Origin: an uncultured Gammaproteobacteria bacterium
GTDB lineage: Bacteria; Pseudomonadota; Gammaproteobacteria; Arenicellales; Arenicellaceae
DNA length: 64,000 nt
Assembly: GCA_964633815.1 (NCBI GenBank)
Contig: CAZWHW010000003.1
Location: 6,518-70,517 of the forward strand
Direction: 5' to 3'
The notes beneath the pieces are model-generated. The model was not told the origin of the DNA and made no database searches. It worked only from the letters and a program-made list of their open reading frames with translations. A program made the translations under genes and the position numbers. Below, in pieces: positions 31,573 to 41,749 of the stretch. Position 1 is the stretch's first letter. Every line of letters starts with the position of its first letter.

Positions 31573-32343
31573 ATGAATGCAAACATAGAACAACAGAGCA
31601 CATCTGACGACATTATTGTCATTAAAGACTTAAATAAATGGTATGGTGACTTTCATGTGCTCAAAGATATTAATCTAAGCGTCAAAAAAAGTGAACGTAT
31701 TGTTATTTGTGGCCCATCAGGTTCTGGCAAATCGACCATGATTCGCTGTATCAATCGCTTAGAAGAATTTCAACGCGGTTCATTAATCGTGGATGGCGTT
31801 GAGATGATTGATGATGTCAAAAATATTGAAGCCATACGCCGAGAAGTTGGCATGGTATTTCAACACTTCAATTTGTTTCCACATTTGACGATTTTAGAAA
31901 ACCTAACGCTCGGCCAGGTATGGGTGCAAAAGAAGGCAAAAGCGGAAGCTGAAGCTGTTGCGATGAAGTATTTAGAGCGTGTAAAAATCCCTGATCAAGC
32001 AAATAAATATCCAGGCCAGTTATCAGGAGGTCAACAGCAACGTGTTGCGATTGCTCGCTCTCTTTGTATGGCGCCAAAGGTTATGCTGTTTGATGAACCA
32101 ACATCTGCATTAGATCCAGAAATGATCAAAGAAGTATTAGATGTCATGGTCGAGCTTGCTGATGAAGAAGGCATGACCATGCTTTGCGTCACCCATGAAA
32201 TGGGTTTTGCCAAAAAAGTGGCTGACCGCGTGATTTTCATGGATGCCGGTGAAATTGTTGAACAAAATACACCGCACGAGTTCTTTGATAACCCACAAGT
32301 AGATCGTACGCAAAAATTCTTAGAGCAAATTTTGGATCACTAA
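31573..32343 (+). CDS. aapP: general L-amino acid ABC transporter ATP-binding protein
   Basis: 256 aa. Walker A 'GPSGSGKST', signature '[13 protein letters not shown]' and Walker B '[12 protein letters not shown]'. Confidence 0.88.
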   Translation: MNANIEQQSTSDDIIVIKDLNKWYGDFHVLKDINLSVKKSERIVICGPSGSGKSTMIRCINRLEEFQRGSLIVDGVEMIDDVKNIEAIRREVGMVFQHFNLFPHLTILENLTLGQVWVQKKAKAEAEAVAMKYLERVKIPDQANKYPGQLSGGQQQRVAIARSLCMAPKVMLFDEPTSALDPEMIKEVLDVMVELADEEGMTMLCVTHEMGFAKKVADRVIFMDAGEIVEQNTPHEFFDNPQVDRTQKFLEQILDH

Positions 32344-32361
32344 TAATTAAACTTGTGGTTT

Positions 32362-32781
32362 TTAACATTTGTTTTGCCAGTGAGAAAAGTATTGCCATTT
32401 TAAATAGCTGAACTTATAGCCAAATTCAATTTGAGTATAAATACAGGCAATTCGCCAAACTTCTTTTTGATTGGTGATACCCATTTTTAAAATTTGTTCA
32501 GCGATAGATTGAAAAACAGCTAATTTAATAGATCTAGTTGAACTGATTTTTTGTGGCGCGATTATTTGCTGAATTGCCATATTAAGCACTTCTCTTGGTA
32601 AAGACGACCCACCTAATTTTTTATAATCACTATAAAAACAATGTAATGGTATTTTTTCAATTTGCTGTGCGCTGAGGACTGGAATATGTGTTGAATAAGA
32701 ATGACATTTTTTATCAGTTACCATTTTCTCAATTGTTGAGAAAAATTTGTTTGATAAGCTAACTGCAGTAAAACTTTTCAT
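32362..32781 (-). CDS. hypothetical protein (139 aa, no recognisable domain)
   Basis: ATG at 32781 is preceded by a strong Shine-Dalgarno (AGGAAGGTGG). It is divergent from the MocR-type regulator, visibly more AT-rich than its neighbours, and has a Trp/Tyr-rich C-terminus 'FSYLKWQYFSHWQNKC'. Confidence 0.5.
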   Translation of the reverse strand: MKSFTAVSLSNKFFSTIEKMVTDKKCHSYSTHIPVLSAQQIEKIPLHCFYSDYKKLGGSSLPREVLNMAIQQIIAPQKISSTRSIKLAVFQSIAEQILKMGITNQKEVWRIACIYTQIEFGYKFSYLKWQYFSHWQNKC

Positions 32782-32853
32782 AAGCCACCTTCCTGAATCA
32801 TCATTTATATTGTTGAAATTGATTGAAACAGTATAAAAAGTCCGTTAATGTAA

Positions 32854-32911
32854 ATACAGATCTAAAAATATTTTTATAAAGCGATACAGATGGTAAATTT
32901 TGTATCTGTAT
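32854..32911. promoter_or_regulatory. ATACAGAT repeat set in the divergent promoter region; candidate MocR operator
   Basis: ATACAGAT at 32854-32861 and at 32884-32891 (30-bp spacing), with the inverted copy ATCTGTAT at 32904-32911. All lie between the divergent starts at 32781 and 32942. Confidence 0.45.
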
Positions 32912-32941
32912 ATATAAAATTAATTAAAACTGTATTGATAT

Positions 32942-34357
32942 ATGAACAAGTACGAAAAACTCGCTAAAGAACTGCATCAACAGATCAACGACGGGCAATT
33001 TCAAGCGAATTTGAAATTGCCCAGTGTCAGACAACTTTGTGACAGACATGACTTAAGTATGTCTACGGTAGTTAAAGCACTTGAAACTTTGCAGCAAGAT
33101 GGAATTATAGAAAGCCGTGATCGTTCAGGTTTTTATATCAGCGCTGAAAAAAAGCGTTATTCGCCCGAGCCTGAATCGAGTTATATCTTAGAAAAACCGA
33201 CTCAAATTGATAATCAAGATTTAGTGTTAGGCTTAATGCGTTCTTTTTATGAGCCTAATGCATTTAATATCGGTGCAGCGATTCCAGATACCAGTTTTTT
33301 GCCAGCTAAAGAAGTGGATAAAGCTTCACGACAAGCGATGCGTAAATCAAGCTATCAGCGTGATAAATATCAAGCAATGCCGGGTAATAGAAAGCTGTTA
33401 GAAAAGATAAGTCAATATATGAACAATATTAGCTGCGATGTTGCTCCTGAAGATATTTTGATCACTAACGGGTGTCAGGAAGCGGTCATGTTGACACTCA
33501 TCACACTATTGGAAAAAGGCACTACAGTTGCAGTGGAAACACCGACCTATCCTGGTTTTTTGCAAGTAATTGAATTGCTTAAACTAGAAGTGATTGAAAT
33601 ACCTACAGATCCACGTACAGGGATTAGTATTGGCGCATTAGAATTAGCCTCTCAGCAATGGGATATTGAATGTTTATTGTTGTCGAGTAATTACAGCAAC
33701 CCTAATTCTGCGAGGATACCAACCCCAAAAAAACAGACCTTGTTGTCGCTTTGTGAACGTCTAGGAATTCATATTATTGAAGATGATGTGTACGGCGATT
33801 TAAGTCATGATCCTTATTACAGACCTAGACCTTTAAAAAGCTTTGATGAAAATAATATTGTGACTTATTGCAGTTCGTTTTCAAAAACAATTTCTCCTGG
33901 TTTGCGTTTAGGTTGGGTTGTGGATAAAAAACATAGTAAAACGTTGCAATATAATAAATATGTATCTGGGTTATCGACAGTCACAACGAGTCAATACACA
34001 GTTGCGGAATACTTAAGTTTAGGTAAGCATGAACGGTATTTGCAATCGGTGCGTCGCCGTTATGCAGTGCAAACAAACACCATGGTAGAGAAACTGCATA
34101 AATTAATGCCTGAAGGCACGCGTTTTTCGCAAGCGACAGGCGGCTTTCTGGTGTGGATGTCTTTACCTGGAGGAATGGATACGCTCAAACTGTTAGATAA
34201 AACAGTTGTCCGTGGCGTGAGTTTTACTCCAGGTGTGTTATTTTCCGCGAGTAATAAATATAACGATTGCTTACGGATTAATTGTTCTATGGAATTTGAC
34301 GATCGAGTAGAAAATGCGCTGAAAGTGTTGACTGAAGAAGTCTACAACATGCTTTAA
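32942..34357 (+). CDS. MocR-type transcriptional regulator (GntR winged-helix fused to a class I aminotransferase-like PLP domain)
   Basis: 471 aa. The N-terminal GntR HTH is 'LPSVRQLCDRHDLSMSTVVKALETLQQDGIIESRDRSGFYI'. The C-terminal fold-type I domain carries 'YCSSFSKTISPGLRLGW', with the PLP-lysine context SxSK. Confidence 0.85.
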   Translation: MNKYEKLAKELHQQINDGQFQANLKLPSVRQLCDRHDLSMSTVVKALETLQQDGIIESRDRSGFYISAEKKRYSPEPESSYILEKPTQIDNQDLVLGLMRSFYEPNAFNIGAAIPDTSFLPAKEVDKASRQAMRKSSYQRDKYQAMPGNRKLLEKISQYMNNISCDVAPEDILITNGCQEAVMLTLITLLEKGTTVAVETPTYPGFLQVIELLKLEVIEIPTDPRTGISIGALELASQQWDIECLLLSSNYSNPNSARIPTPKKQTLLSLCERLGIHIIEDDVYGDLSHDPYYRPRPLKSFDENNIVTYCSSFSKTISPGLRLGWVVDKKHSKTLQYNKYVSGLSTVTTSQYTVAEYLSLGKHERYLQSVRRRYAVQTNTMVEKLHKLMPEGTRFSQATGGFLVWMSLPGGMDTLKLLDKTVVRGVSFTPGVLFSASNKYNDCLRINCSMEFDDRVENALKVLTEEVYNML

Positions 34358-34374
34358 CTGGCTGGATCGAATTC

Positions 34375-35448
34375 TTATTTAATCGTTAATTGATACTTTT
34401 CTTCTAAAGTCTTGGTGTTGATTTTGATTTGATTGGATTCAATATCGCCATCTTTGATGGTTGGATTGCCACTTTTAGAAATTTTCGCTGAAATTTGAAT
34501 ATCTTCAAATTGAGTAATAGTTGCTTGTGGCAACATGGCGTCTTGTTCAGTTAATGTCACAGTTGCAGGCAAATCAGCAACAGTTAAACGTTTCACTGCC
34601 AGTGGAGCTGGAGGTCCTTCAACTGCACGGGCAAATACAAATATCGTGTCTTTATCATTAATAGTTGGGTTGTTTGCACGCAAAGTGTCATCTAATGCAA
34701 CATCAATGGTGATTTCGGGTTTTGCAGCGATATCTTGTTCATTAATCGTGACTGAACCATGTGAAAGTAAAAAATCACGTCGTTCATCTAGTTCTGCGAT
34801 GATGTCTTTTAAAGCTGCTTCTTGCGGTGTATTGGCAACCAATGGTAGAAGTCTTTCCCAATGAGCTCGAGCCGCTTCATCCTCGCCGTCTTGAACGGCT
34901 GACATGCCAGATAACCATAACCCTTGAGGGTGGTTAGGATCTTTTGACATTGCATTTTCAAGTAATTGTTTTGCTCGCAGATTAATATTACCTTGCTCTA
35001 CAAAAGCGTAGGCATCAGCAGTTTTAACTAAGGTGTCCGCATCTGTTTGGCCTAATTCGATAAGCTTCTCTAAGGTTAGCACTGCTAATCGTGTTTGATT
35101 GCTAATTAGGTACGTAGTAGCTAATAAATTTAAGCTTTCGATATCTTCAGGATTTTCGTTCACTTTAGCGCGCAATGAATCAATAGCACGTTGAATTTGT
35201 TCAGGACTTAATTGGCTACGAGATAATAGACTATCAATATCGCTGGTATTATGAGTGTCAGCAGTGAGTTGTTTTTCTAGATTAAATGCTTTCGGTGTGC
35301 CAATTTGTGCATACATGATGGCAACAAGCAATGGAGCAGTAAAGACCAACGCCAATGTTTGCCATTTTTTTAGGTCATTGGCTCCAGCGATAAGGTAGAC
35401 CAATGCAATGAGCGTCAAAACTGCAGAGATAATGAGAAACAATAACAT
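34375..35448 (-). CDS. ccmI: c-type cytochrome biogenesis protein CcmI (TPR)
   Basis: 357 aa with two N-terminal TM helices and periplasmic TPRs. It is the last gene of the ccm operon. Confidence 0.75.
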   Translation of the reverse strand: MLLFLIISAVLTLIALVYLIAGANDLKKWQTLALVFTAPLLVAIMYAQIGTPKAFNLEKQLTADTHNTSDIDSLLSRSQLSPEQIQRAIDSLRAKVNENPEDIESLNLLATTYLISNQTRLAVLTLEKLIELGQTDADTLVKTADAYAFVEQGNINLRAKQLLENAMSKDPNHPQGLWLSGMSAVQDGEDEAARAHWERLLPLVANTPQEAALKDIIAELDERRDFLLSHGSVTINEQDIAAKPEITIDVALDDTLRANNPTINDKDTIFVFARAVEGPPAPLAVKRLTVADLPATVTLTEQDAMLPQATITQFEDIQISAKISKSGNPTIKDGDIESNQIKINTKTLEEKYQLTIK

Positions 35449-35472
35449 AGCTTTTTTATGTCTTTATAGAGA

Positions 35473-35982
35473 TTAATCTGAACTTTCTTGTGTATCTAAA
35501 GCAGCAGCATTGCGGATAATAATTCGAACAACAAAAATGACCACACCTAGCAATAGAAATAAAGGCCCAAGCCAAAGTAACAGGGTTTTACCAGAGAATT
35601 GGGGTTTATATAAAACAAACTCACCATAGCGTGCAAGCATGAATTCCTTGATTTCTCCTTTGCCTTTATTGGCTAAGACCATCTCATAGACTTTATTACG
35701 TAAATCCACAGCAATTTCAGCATTAGAGTCAGCAATGTTTTGGTTTTGACATTTTGGGCATCGCAGCTCCAAAATCAAGTCATCGTATATGTTGCGCTGT
35801 GAGTCATTGTCAAAAGATAGTATTTCGGTAGCGCCAGTATTTGTAGTGGAGGAGGCATTAATGTCAGTATTCTGGGCTTGCGCAGGAATTGCAAAAACAC
35901 AAGCGACTACTAATAATACAGCCAGTATCCAAGATGGATGAAAGTGTTGAATCACGTTAAATTGTTTATTCGCAAGATGCAT
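35473..35982 (-). CDS. ccmH: cytochrome c-type biogenesis protein CcmH
   Basis: 'LRCPKCQNQNIADSNAEIAVDLRNKV' is the CcmH signature. It has a C-terminal TM helix. Confidence 0.88.
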   Translation of the reverse strand: MHLANKQFNVIQHFHPSWILAVLLVVACVFAIPAQAQNTDINASSTTNTGATEILSFDNDSQRNIYDDLILELRCPKCQNQNIADSNAEIAVDLRNKVYEMVLANKGKGEIKEFMLARYGEFVLYKPQFSGKTLLLWLGPLFLLLGVVIFVVRIIIRNAAALDTQESSD

Positions 35983-36592
35983 TGGTATTAATTTCTCTAT
36001 CTAAGAAAAAAGGGGTGATCACTTCGTGAATAATTGTTTCACAAATGGGACCTACATGTTTGTGTTGTATCACTCCGTTAGCGTCGACTAAAAATGTTTC
36101 CGGTACACCATAAACGCCTAAGTCTATGCCTAGCGATCCTTCGAAGTCGTAAATAATATTTTGATAAGGGTTTTTTAGTTCAGCCAACCATTGTCTAGCT
36201 TCATCCGCTTGATCTTTATAATTCAAACCAACTAAATTCCAATCAGTTTGTTTGGCAATATCATTAAATAACGGGTGCTCAATTCGGCAAGCGGCACACC
36301 ATGAGGCCCAAATATTTAATAACCATTTTTTACCAGCAAAGCTATTCTGATCAATTGTTTTATTTTGGAATGCGTGGCTTGATTCGCTGGTTTTCAATAA
36401 TTCAGCTTCATCTGTGACCAGTGAAGGCAATGAGAATTCCGGCACAGATTGGCCAATTAGTGGCGATGGCAAGAGTTGGGTGTCACGATCTAGTGTACTG
36501 TAAAATAAAACACATAGTGATAAAAACACCAACAAAGGGATGGCAAATCGTAAAGCCTTCATTGCACCATTTTTATTGTCAACTTGTTTCAT
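35966..36592 (-). CDS. ccmG: thiol:disulfide interchange protein DsbE/CcmG
   Basis: It has an N-terminal anchor, the active site 'NIWASWCAACRIEHP' and 'GVYGVPETF'. The ATG overlaps the ccmF stop (TAATG). Confidence 0.88.
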   Translation of the reverse strand: MKQVDNKNGAMKALRFAIPLLVFLSLCVLFYSTLDRDTQLLPSPLIGQSVPEFSLPSLVTDEAELLKTSESSHAFQNKTIDQNSFAGKKWLLNIWASWCAACRIEHPLFNDIAKQTDWNLVGLNYKDQADEARQWLAELKNPYQNIIYDFEGSLGIDLGVYGVPETFLVDANGVIQHKHVGPICETIIHEVITPFFLDREINTNASCE

Positions 36593-38595
36593 TAGCTAGA
36601 TGCTTGGACTTCAGTGGTGTCTAAATTATTGATGGTTTGACCAATAGTTTGGTCGTTTTCAACTAACACCTTAACTTTGCGATAACGGCGGTCAAATAAG
36701 GCGATAAGTGCTCCCAGAGCCATCACGAATCCACCAATCCAAATCCACACCACAAATGATTTATAATACAAACGAACACTCCATGTTTCTGATGAATTTA
36801 ACGCCTCTTGACCTAGTGAAACATACAGATCTCTTCTCAAGCTTGTATTAATAGCCGCTTCTGTCATAGGTTCTGTACCATTGCTATATAAACGCTTTTG
36901 CGGTTTTAATTCAGTGACTTTCTTGCCATTGCGGGTGATGATGAATTTGCCCTCATTTGCGAAATAGTTCTCAATGGCTTTATTTTCAACACCTTTAAAT
37001 TTCACTTCATAATCGCGCAATTTAAAAGTGTCACCAAAGCTCATAGATAAGTCCTTTTCTATACTGTAAGTGTTGACATGGGTAACGCCTAGCACAAATA
37101 AGGCTACGCCAATATGAGCGACAGTCATGCCAATAAATGCTGCAGGCTGTTTTAGTTTTTTGATAAAGCTAGTTTGATTTTTGGCACGCTCTTTCCAACC
37201 ATATATTGCCCAGCTAACAATCCATAAACTAAGAAAAACTCCACTGGCTGCACCAATAGAAAATTCTGTTTGTGTTTGTTGGCTCATCAATAAGGTGATA
37301 ATGATTGCACCAATAATGCTGATGGTTGCTAATATCACTGCAGGAGATTTGAAACGACTGACCTCGTCACGTTTCCAACGCGACATCGAACCTAGCCCGA
37401 CCAGTAATGTTAAAGGTAACATTAAGACGGCAAACATAAAATCAAAATAGGGTGCGCCCACCGAGATTTTTCCTTTACCCATCGCTTCAATCACTAAGGG
37501 AAAAAGTGTGCCAAGAAATACCATAAACGCGCTAACAATCAAAAAGACATTATTTAATAGCAGGTTACTTTCTTTGGAAAACAAGGCAAAGCCAACGGTG
37601 CTTCGAATTTTGTAGGCACGTAAACTATAAAGCAATAGTGAACCACCAATGACAATTAATAAAAATATTAGAATAAATAGACCACGTTCTGGATCACTTG
37701 CAAAGGCATGCACTGAAGTTAATAAACCCGAACGGACAATGAATGTTCCTAGCAAGCTGAGTGAAAACGCAGTGATAGATAATAATACTGTCCAAGCGAT
37801 AAAGGCACCGCGTTTTTCAGTCACCGCTAAGGAGTGAATCAAGGCCGTACCCACTAACCATGGCATGAATGATGCATTTTCTACTGGATCCCAAAACCAC
37901 CAACCACCCCAGCCAAGTTCATAATAGGCCCACCAACTACCTAGAGTGATACCAATTGTTAAAAATAACCAAGCTGCACCTGTCCATGGTCTTGCCCAGC
38001 GTGCCCACTGTGCGTCGAGCTTGCCGCTAAGTAATGCGGCAATAGCAAATGCAAAGGCGACACTAAAGCCTACATAGCCCAAATATAGCAGCGGCGGATG
38101 AATTGCAAGGCCAGGGTCTTGCAGTAATGGATTGAGTTCTTGGCCATCAATAGGCACAGGGATTTTGCGCGCAAAAGGGTTAGATGTGAACAGCATAAAA
38201 CTTAAGAATCCAACATTGATCCATGCGAGCACTGATAGAACGCGAGTAGTGAATTCTGAAGGAATGCTACGACTGTAGATTGCGACCAATAATGTCCATG
38301 TACTTTGAATAAGAATCCATAATAGTAATGAACCTTCATGAGCGCCCCAAACTCCTGAAATTCGATAGATCAGCGGTTGAATCAGGTTGCTATTTAAAGC
38401 GACATAATCAATTGAAAAGTCATGAATGATGAAACTATAGGTCAGAATGCCATATGCAAGCGCAACCAACATGAAGGTCATATAGGTGCCTTGTTTGGCA
38501 AAACGAGCCCCTTCGCCTTGAAAGCAAAAAACGCCTTGAAAAATTGAAATGATTAAGGCCAGAATCAGTGATATTTGTGCAATCTCAGGAAGCAT
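36592..38595 (-). CDS. ccmF: heme lyase CcmF
   Basis: 667 aa polytopic protein with the WWD motif 'WGGWWFWDPVENASFMPWL'. Confidence 0.92.
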   Translation of the reverse strand: MLPEIAQISLILALIISIFQGVFCFQGEGARFAKQGTYMTFMLVALAYGILTYSFIIHDFSIDYVALNSNLIQPLIYRISGVWGAHEGSLLLWILIQSTWTLLVAIYSRSIPSEFTTRVLSVLAWINVGFLSFMLFTSNPFARKIPVPIDGQELNPLLQDPGLAIHPPLLYLGYVGFSVAFAFAIAALLSGKLDAQWARWARPWTGAAWLFLTIGITLGSWWAYYELGWGGWWFWDPVENASFMPWLVGTALIHSLAVTEKRGAFIAWTVLLSITAFSLSLLGTFIVRSGLLTSVHAFASDPERGLFILIFLLIVIGGSLLLYSLRAYKIRSTVGFALFSKESNLLLNNVFLIVSAFMVFLGTLFPLVIEAMGKGKISVGAPYFDFMFAVLMLPLTLLVGLGSMSRWKRDEVSRFKSPAVILATISIIGAIIITLLMSQQTQTEFSIGAASGVFLSLWIVSWAIYGWKERAKNQTSFIKKLKQPAAFIGMTVAHIGVALFVLGVTHVNTYSIEKDLSMSFGDTFKLRDYEVKFKGVENKAIENYFANEGKFIITRNGKKVTELKPQKRLYSNGTEPMTEAAINTSLRRDLYVSLGQEALNSSETWSVRLYYKSFVVWIWIGGFVMALGALIALFDRRYRKVKVLVENDQTIGQTINNLDTTEVQASS

Positions 38596-38648
38596 ATAGG
38601 GAATCGTTTAATATGAAATTGTAATGGATAGTAGTCTTAAAGAATAAC

Positions 38649-39137
38649 TCAATAGTTGCTAATAGGCTGAGCTGAAGCGTTTTCTGCATTGATATTATCA
38701 ATGCAGATAGATTTTTGTTCTTCAATTAAGCTAGCTGCCGCTTCGGTTGGCACATAATTTTCATCATGTTTGGCAAGTACTTCGCTGGCTTGCATAGTTT
38801 TGTTGGCATCAAATATACCATTGGCAACAATGGTTTGGCCTTCACGAAATAAATCGGGCAACTGCCCTGTATAGAACACTGAAACATCGGCTTTGCAGTC
38901 AGTCAAAATAAATTCATAACTGATGTTATCAGCTTGTTTTTCAATGCTGCCAGGTTTTACAAGTCCAGCGATTCGGTATTGATTACTTTGGTCTATATTG
39001 ATGCTTTCAACATCTTTTAGTTCAACAAAGAAACGAATATTTTCTTTGAAGGCGGTAAGGCCAAGTACTGTTGCAATTGAAACACCGATTAAGATGGCAG
39101 CTACAACAGATAAGCGTTTTTTTTGTTTAGGGGTCAT
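38649..39137 (-). CDS. ccmE: cytochrome c maturation heme chaperone CcmE
   Basis: 162 aa with an N-terminal anchor and the heme-binding 'VLAKHDENYVP'. Confidence 0.9.
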   Translation of the reverse strand: MTPKQKKRLSVVAAILIGVSIATVLGLTAFKENIRFFVELKDVESINIDQSNQYRIAGLVKPGSIEKQADNISYEFILTDCKADVSVFYTGQLPDLFREGQTIVANGIFDANKTMQASEVLAKHDENYVPTEAAASLIEEQKSICIDNINAENASAQPISNY

Positions 39138-39208
39138 AATAAACTGCGTATTCTATTAATTCAGAGATAAATGATAGTAAAGCATAACGAAGATCAAAAT
39201 TAAGTGCT

Positions 39209-39415
39209 TTAGTTTGTTTGGCGTTTGTTAACGCGTTCTTGGCGCGCAGCGGCAAGATGCTGTTGTTTTTGATAGTTACGATATACTTGTTTACGTGTTC
39301 TTAAAGCGCTGAAAATTAAACCAGCAATCGCGATGATGGTTAATCCCCATGACGACCAGACGTATTTAGCATAGCCCCCCATCGCGATAAATTCATTGAA
39401 ATTAAAGTCATTCAT
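39209..39415 (-). CDS. ccmD: heme exporter protein CcmD
   Basis: 68-aa single-TM protein sitting between ccmC and ccmE. Confidence 0.75.
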   Translation of the reverse strand: MNDFNFNEFIAMGGYAKYVWSSWGLTIIAIAGLIFSALRTRKQVYRNYQKQQHLAAARQERVNKRQTN

Positions 39416-39424
39416 TGTGTGTTT

Positions 39425-40180
39425 CTATTTGAGTTTTGCCTCAATGGTTTCTTTAACCCATTGGCTGCCTTGTTCTTGAATTAATGCTTGCGTGCGAGCT
39501 TTTATAAACATTAACCAACCATAGAAGAACTTGTAGGCAAAGGCCATCATCATCAATGGTATTAACATGCTAGCAGGCATTGCTGGACCACCCTCGCGAA
39601 GTACGGTCGATGTTTGGTGTAAGCTGTTCCACCATTCGACAGAATAATGGATGATTGGGATATTAATTACGCCAACAATACATAAAATAGCAGCTGCTTT
39701 TTCGGCAGTTTTTCTTTCAGTAAAAGCTGAATAAAGCACCATGATTCCGAAATAAAGAAATAATAAAACTAGCTCGGAAGTAAGGCGAGCTTCCCATTCC
39801 CACCAAGTGCCCCAAGTTGGACGACCCCACAGTGAGCCGGTCGCCAATGCAAGGAAGGTAAACGTTGCGCCAATCGGGGCGGAGGTGATGAGTACAATAA
39901 ATGCCATTTTCATCCGCCAAATCAAACCGACTGCGCCAGCACTGGCCATGACGACATAGATGAATAAAGACATCCAGGCAGCAGGCACGTGCACATAGAT
40001 AATACGAAAGCTATCACCTTGCTGATAGTCAGCAGGCGCAATAACGAGCCCTAGAAAAGCACCGATAACAAACAAAATCGCAGCAATGGCACCAAAAATG
40101 GGAATCCAATAACCAGCAATTCGATAGAATTCTCGAGGACTACCTAAACGGTGATAAAAGTTTTTAATGGCTTGCCACAT
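39425..40180 (-). CDS. ccmC: heme exporter protein CcmC
   Basis: 251 aa with the Trp-rich motif 'WGRPTWGTWWEWEARL'. Confidence 0.9.
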   Translation of the reverse strand: MWQAIKNFYHRLGSPREFYRIAGYWIPIFGAIAAILFVIGAFLGLVIAPADYQQGDSFRIIYVHVPAAWMSLFIYVVMASAGAVGLIWRMKMAFIVLITSAPIGATFTFLALATGSLWGRPTWGTWWEWEARLTSELVLLFLYFGIMVLYSAFTERKTAEKAAAILCIVGVINIPIIHYSVEWWNSLHQTSTVLREGGPAMPASMLIPLMMMAFAYKFFYGWLMFIKARTQALIQEQGSQWVKETIEAKLK

Positions 40181-40249
40181 AGGTTTTGTATTTTCCGTTT
40201 CTTTGCTTGTTATTTAACGTTAATAATGTCTAGCTAATTAGACCGTAGT

Positions 40250-40945
40250 TTATTCAATCGTATTACGTAGAGCAAAACTCATGCCAAATGGAGCAAAAGT
40301 GATCGCTAATACGGATAGTGTAGCAAGGGTATATAAAGCTCCAGTAACTGATTCACCAGACACTGATCTTACCACTGCACCTGCTCCAAATATTAGAATA
40401 GGTATAAATAAGGGTAAAACAACAATTGCTATTAATAAGCCACTGCGTTCGATTGTGACCGTGAGTGCTGCGCCAATACCGCCAATTAATTGTAGGCTGA
40501 TTGTGCCAAGTAGTAGGGATATAAACAATACTTTGATGTGTTCTAAATCAATATTGCTAGCAAGGCAAACAATACACGCTAGGATACTAAGGAAAACACC
40601 ATTAAATAACCAATAAACTAGCACTTTTGCCAATGAGATCAAAGATAAAGATCGATTTCCAATAAGCCATTGTTCAAGCGAGCCATCTTCGTAATCTCCA
40701 CGAAATAAACTGCTTAGGCTCATCATGATGGCCAATACAATAGCTACCCAAGATACGCTAGGCATGATTGTTTTTAATAATTCTGGGTCATTGCCAAGAC
40801 TAAATGGAAAAAGAGAAACGGTAATCAAGAAAAAAAATAATGGTTGAACAATGTTTTCTTGATTGCTCCAAAGTAGAGCTGACTCACGGCTTACAAATAG
40901 AGAGAAGCTAGAAAAATTGCCTATTTGAGTTGCTGTGTTATTCAT
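40250..40945 (-). CDS. ccmB: heme exporter protein CcmB
   Basis: 231 aa, 6-TM, positioned between ccmA and ccmC. Confidence 0.85.
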   Translation of the reverse strand: MNNTATQIGNFSSFSLFVSRESALLWSNQENIVQPLFFFLITVSLFPFSLGNDPELLKTIMPSVSWVAIVLAIMMSLSSLFRGDYEDGSLEQWLIGNRSLSLISLAKVLVYWLFNGVFLSILACIVCLASNIDLEHIKVLFISLLLGTISLQLIGGIGAALTVTIERSGLLIAIVVLPLFIPILIFGAGAVVRSVSGESVTGALYTLATLSVLAITFAPFGMSFALRNTIE

Positions 40946-40947
40946 GT

Positions 40948-41619
40948 CTAGGCAGTCTCTGTTTCAGCGTGTGTATAAATTGGGTTGAATGTGGTGAGGT
41001 CAATGGATTTTTCTCTTGCGATGAGGGCTGAGTTTTCTATTTCAGCATGATGTGTTAAGACGATGATGCCGCCTTTGTTTAAAAAGTTTAAACAATGCTG
41101 TTCTAATAAACTGCGTCCCTCGACATCAATGCCTGTAAAAGGTTCGTCGAGCAGCCAAAGTTTAGTTGATGCCAATAATAATCGTGCAAATCCTAATCGT
41201 CGACGTTGACCAAAAGAAAGTTGTCGAGCGGGGATATAGGCTGTGTGGCTGATATCTAGTGCGGTTAAAATATCAAGAAGTTCTTGCGGGTTATTTTGAT
41301 GGTATAACTGTTGATAAAAACGTAGATTTTCCAAAGCAGTAAATTCATTTTTAATGCCATCTCTATGTGCCAGATATGCAATGTCGCTGGCAAAACTGTC
41401 TGATTTATTGATTCTTTCGCCATTCCAAAGTACTTGTCCATCATCAGGCGAAGTAATACCAGCGATGATTCGCAAAAGGCTAGTTTTACCACTACCGTTT
41501 TCTCCTCGAATACGTAATATATCTCCATTGATGGCTATGGAATTGAGACTTGTAAACAAGGTGTTGTTGCCGCGGATACAGCAAATATTTTCCAGTGATA
41601 ATTGGTTGCTTGTTGACAT
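40948..41619 (-). CDS. ccmA: cytochrome c biogenesis ATP-binding export protein CcmA
   Basis: Walker A 'GENGSGKTSLLR', signature-like 'LSFGQRRRLGFARL' and Walker B 'LWLLDEPFTGID'. Confidence 0.88.
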   Translation of the reverse strand: MSTSNQLSLENICCIRGNNTLFTSLNSIAINGDILRIRGENGSGKTSLLRIIAGITSPDDGQVLWNGERINKSDSFASDIAYLAHRDGIKNEFTALENLRFYQQLYHQNNPQELLDILTALDISHTAYIPARQLSFGQRRRLGFARLLLASTKLWLLDEPFTGIDVEGRSLLEQHCLNFLNKGGIIVLTHHAEIENSALIAREKSIDLTTFNPIYTHAETETA

Positions 41620-41749
41620 GTATTTTTTTGGTTTAAATACTTTGCTGAGCTTGGTAAGCTAATAAGAAAATAATGTGGCTATAAATTGAAGGCTGCATTC
41701 TAGCATTTTCTATTGAAATTATAAGCGAGTAAGTTTCATTGAGGTATCT

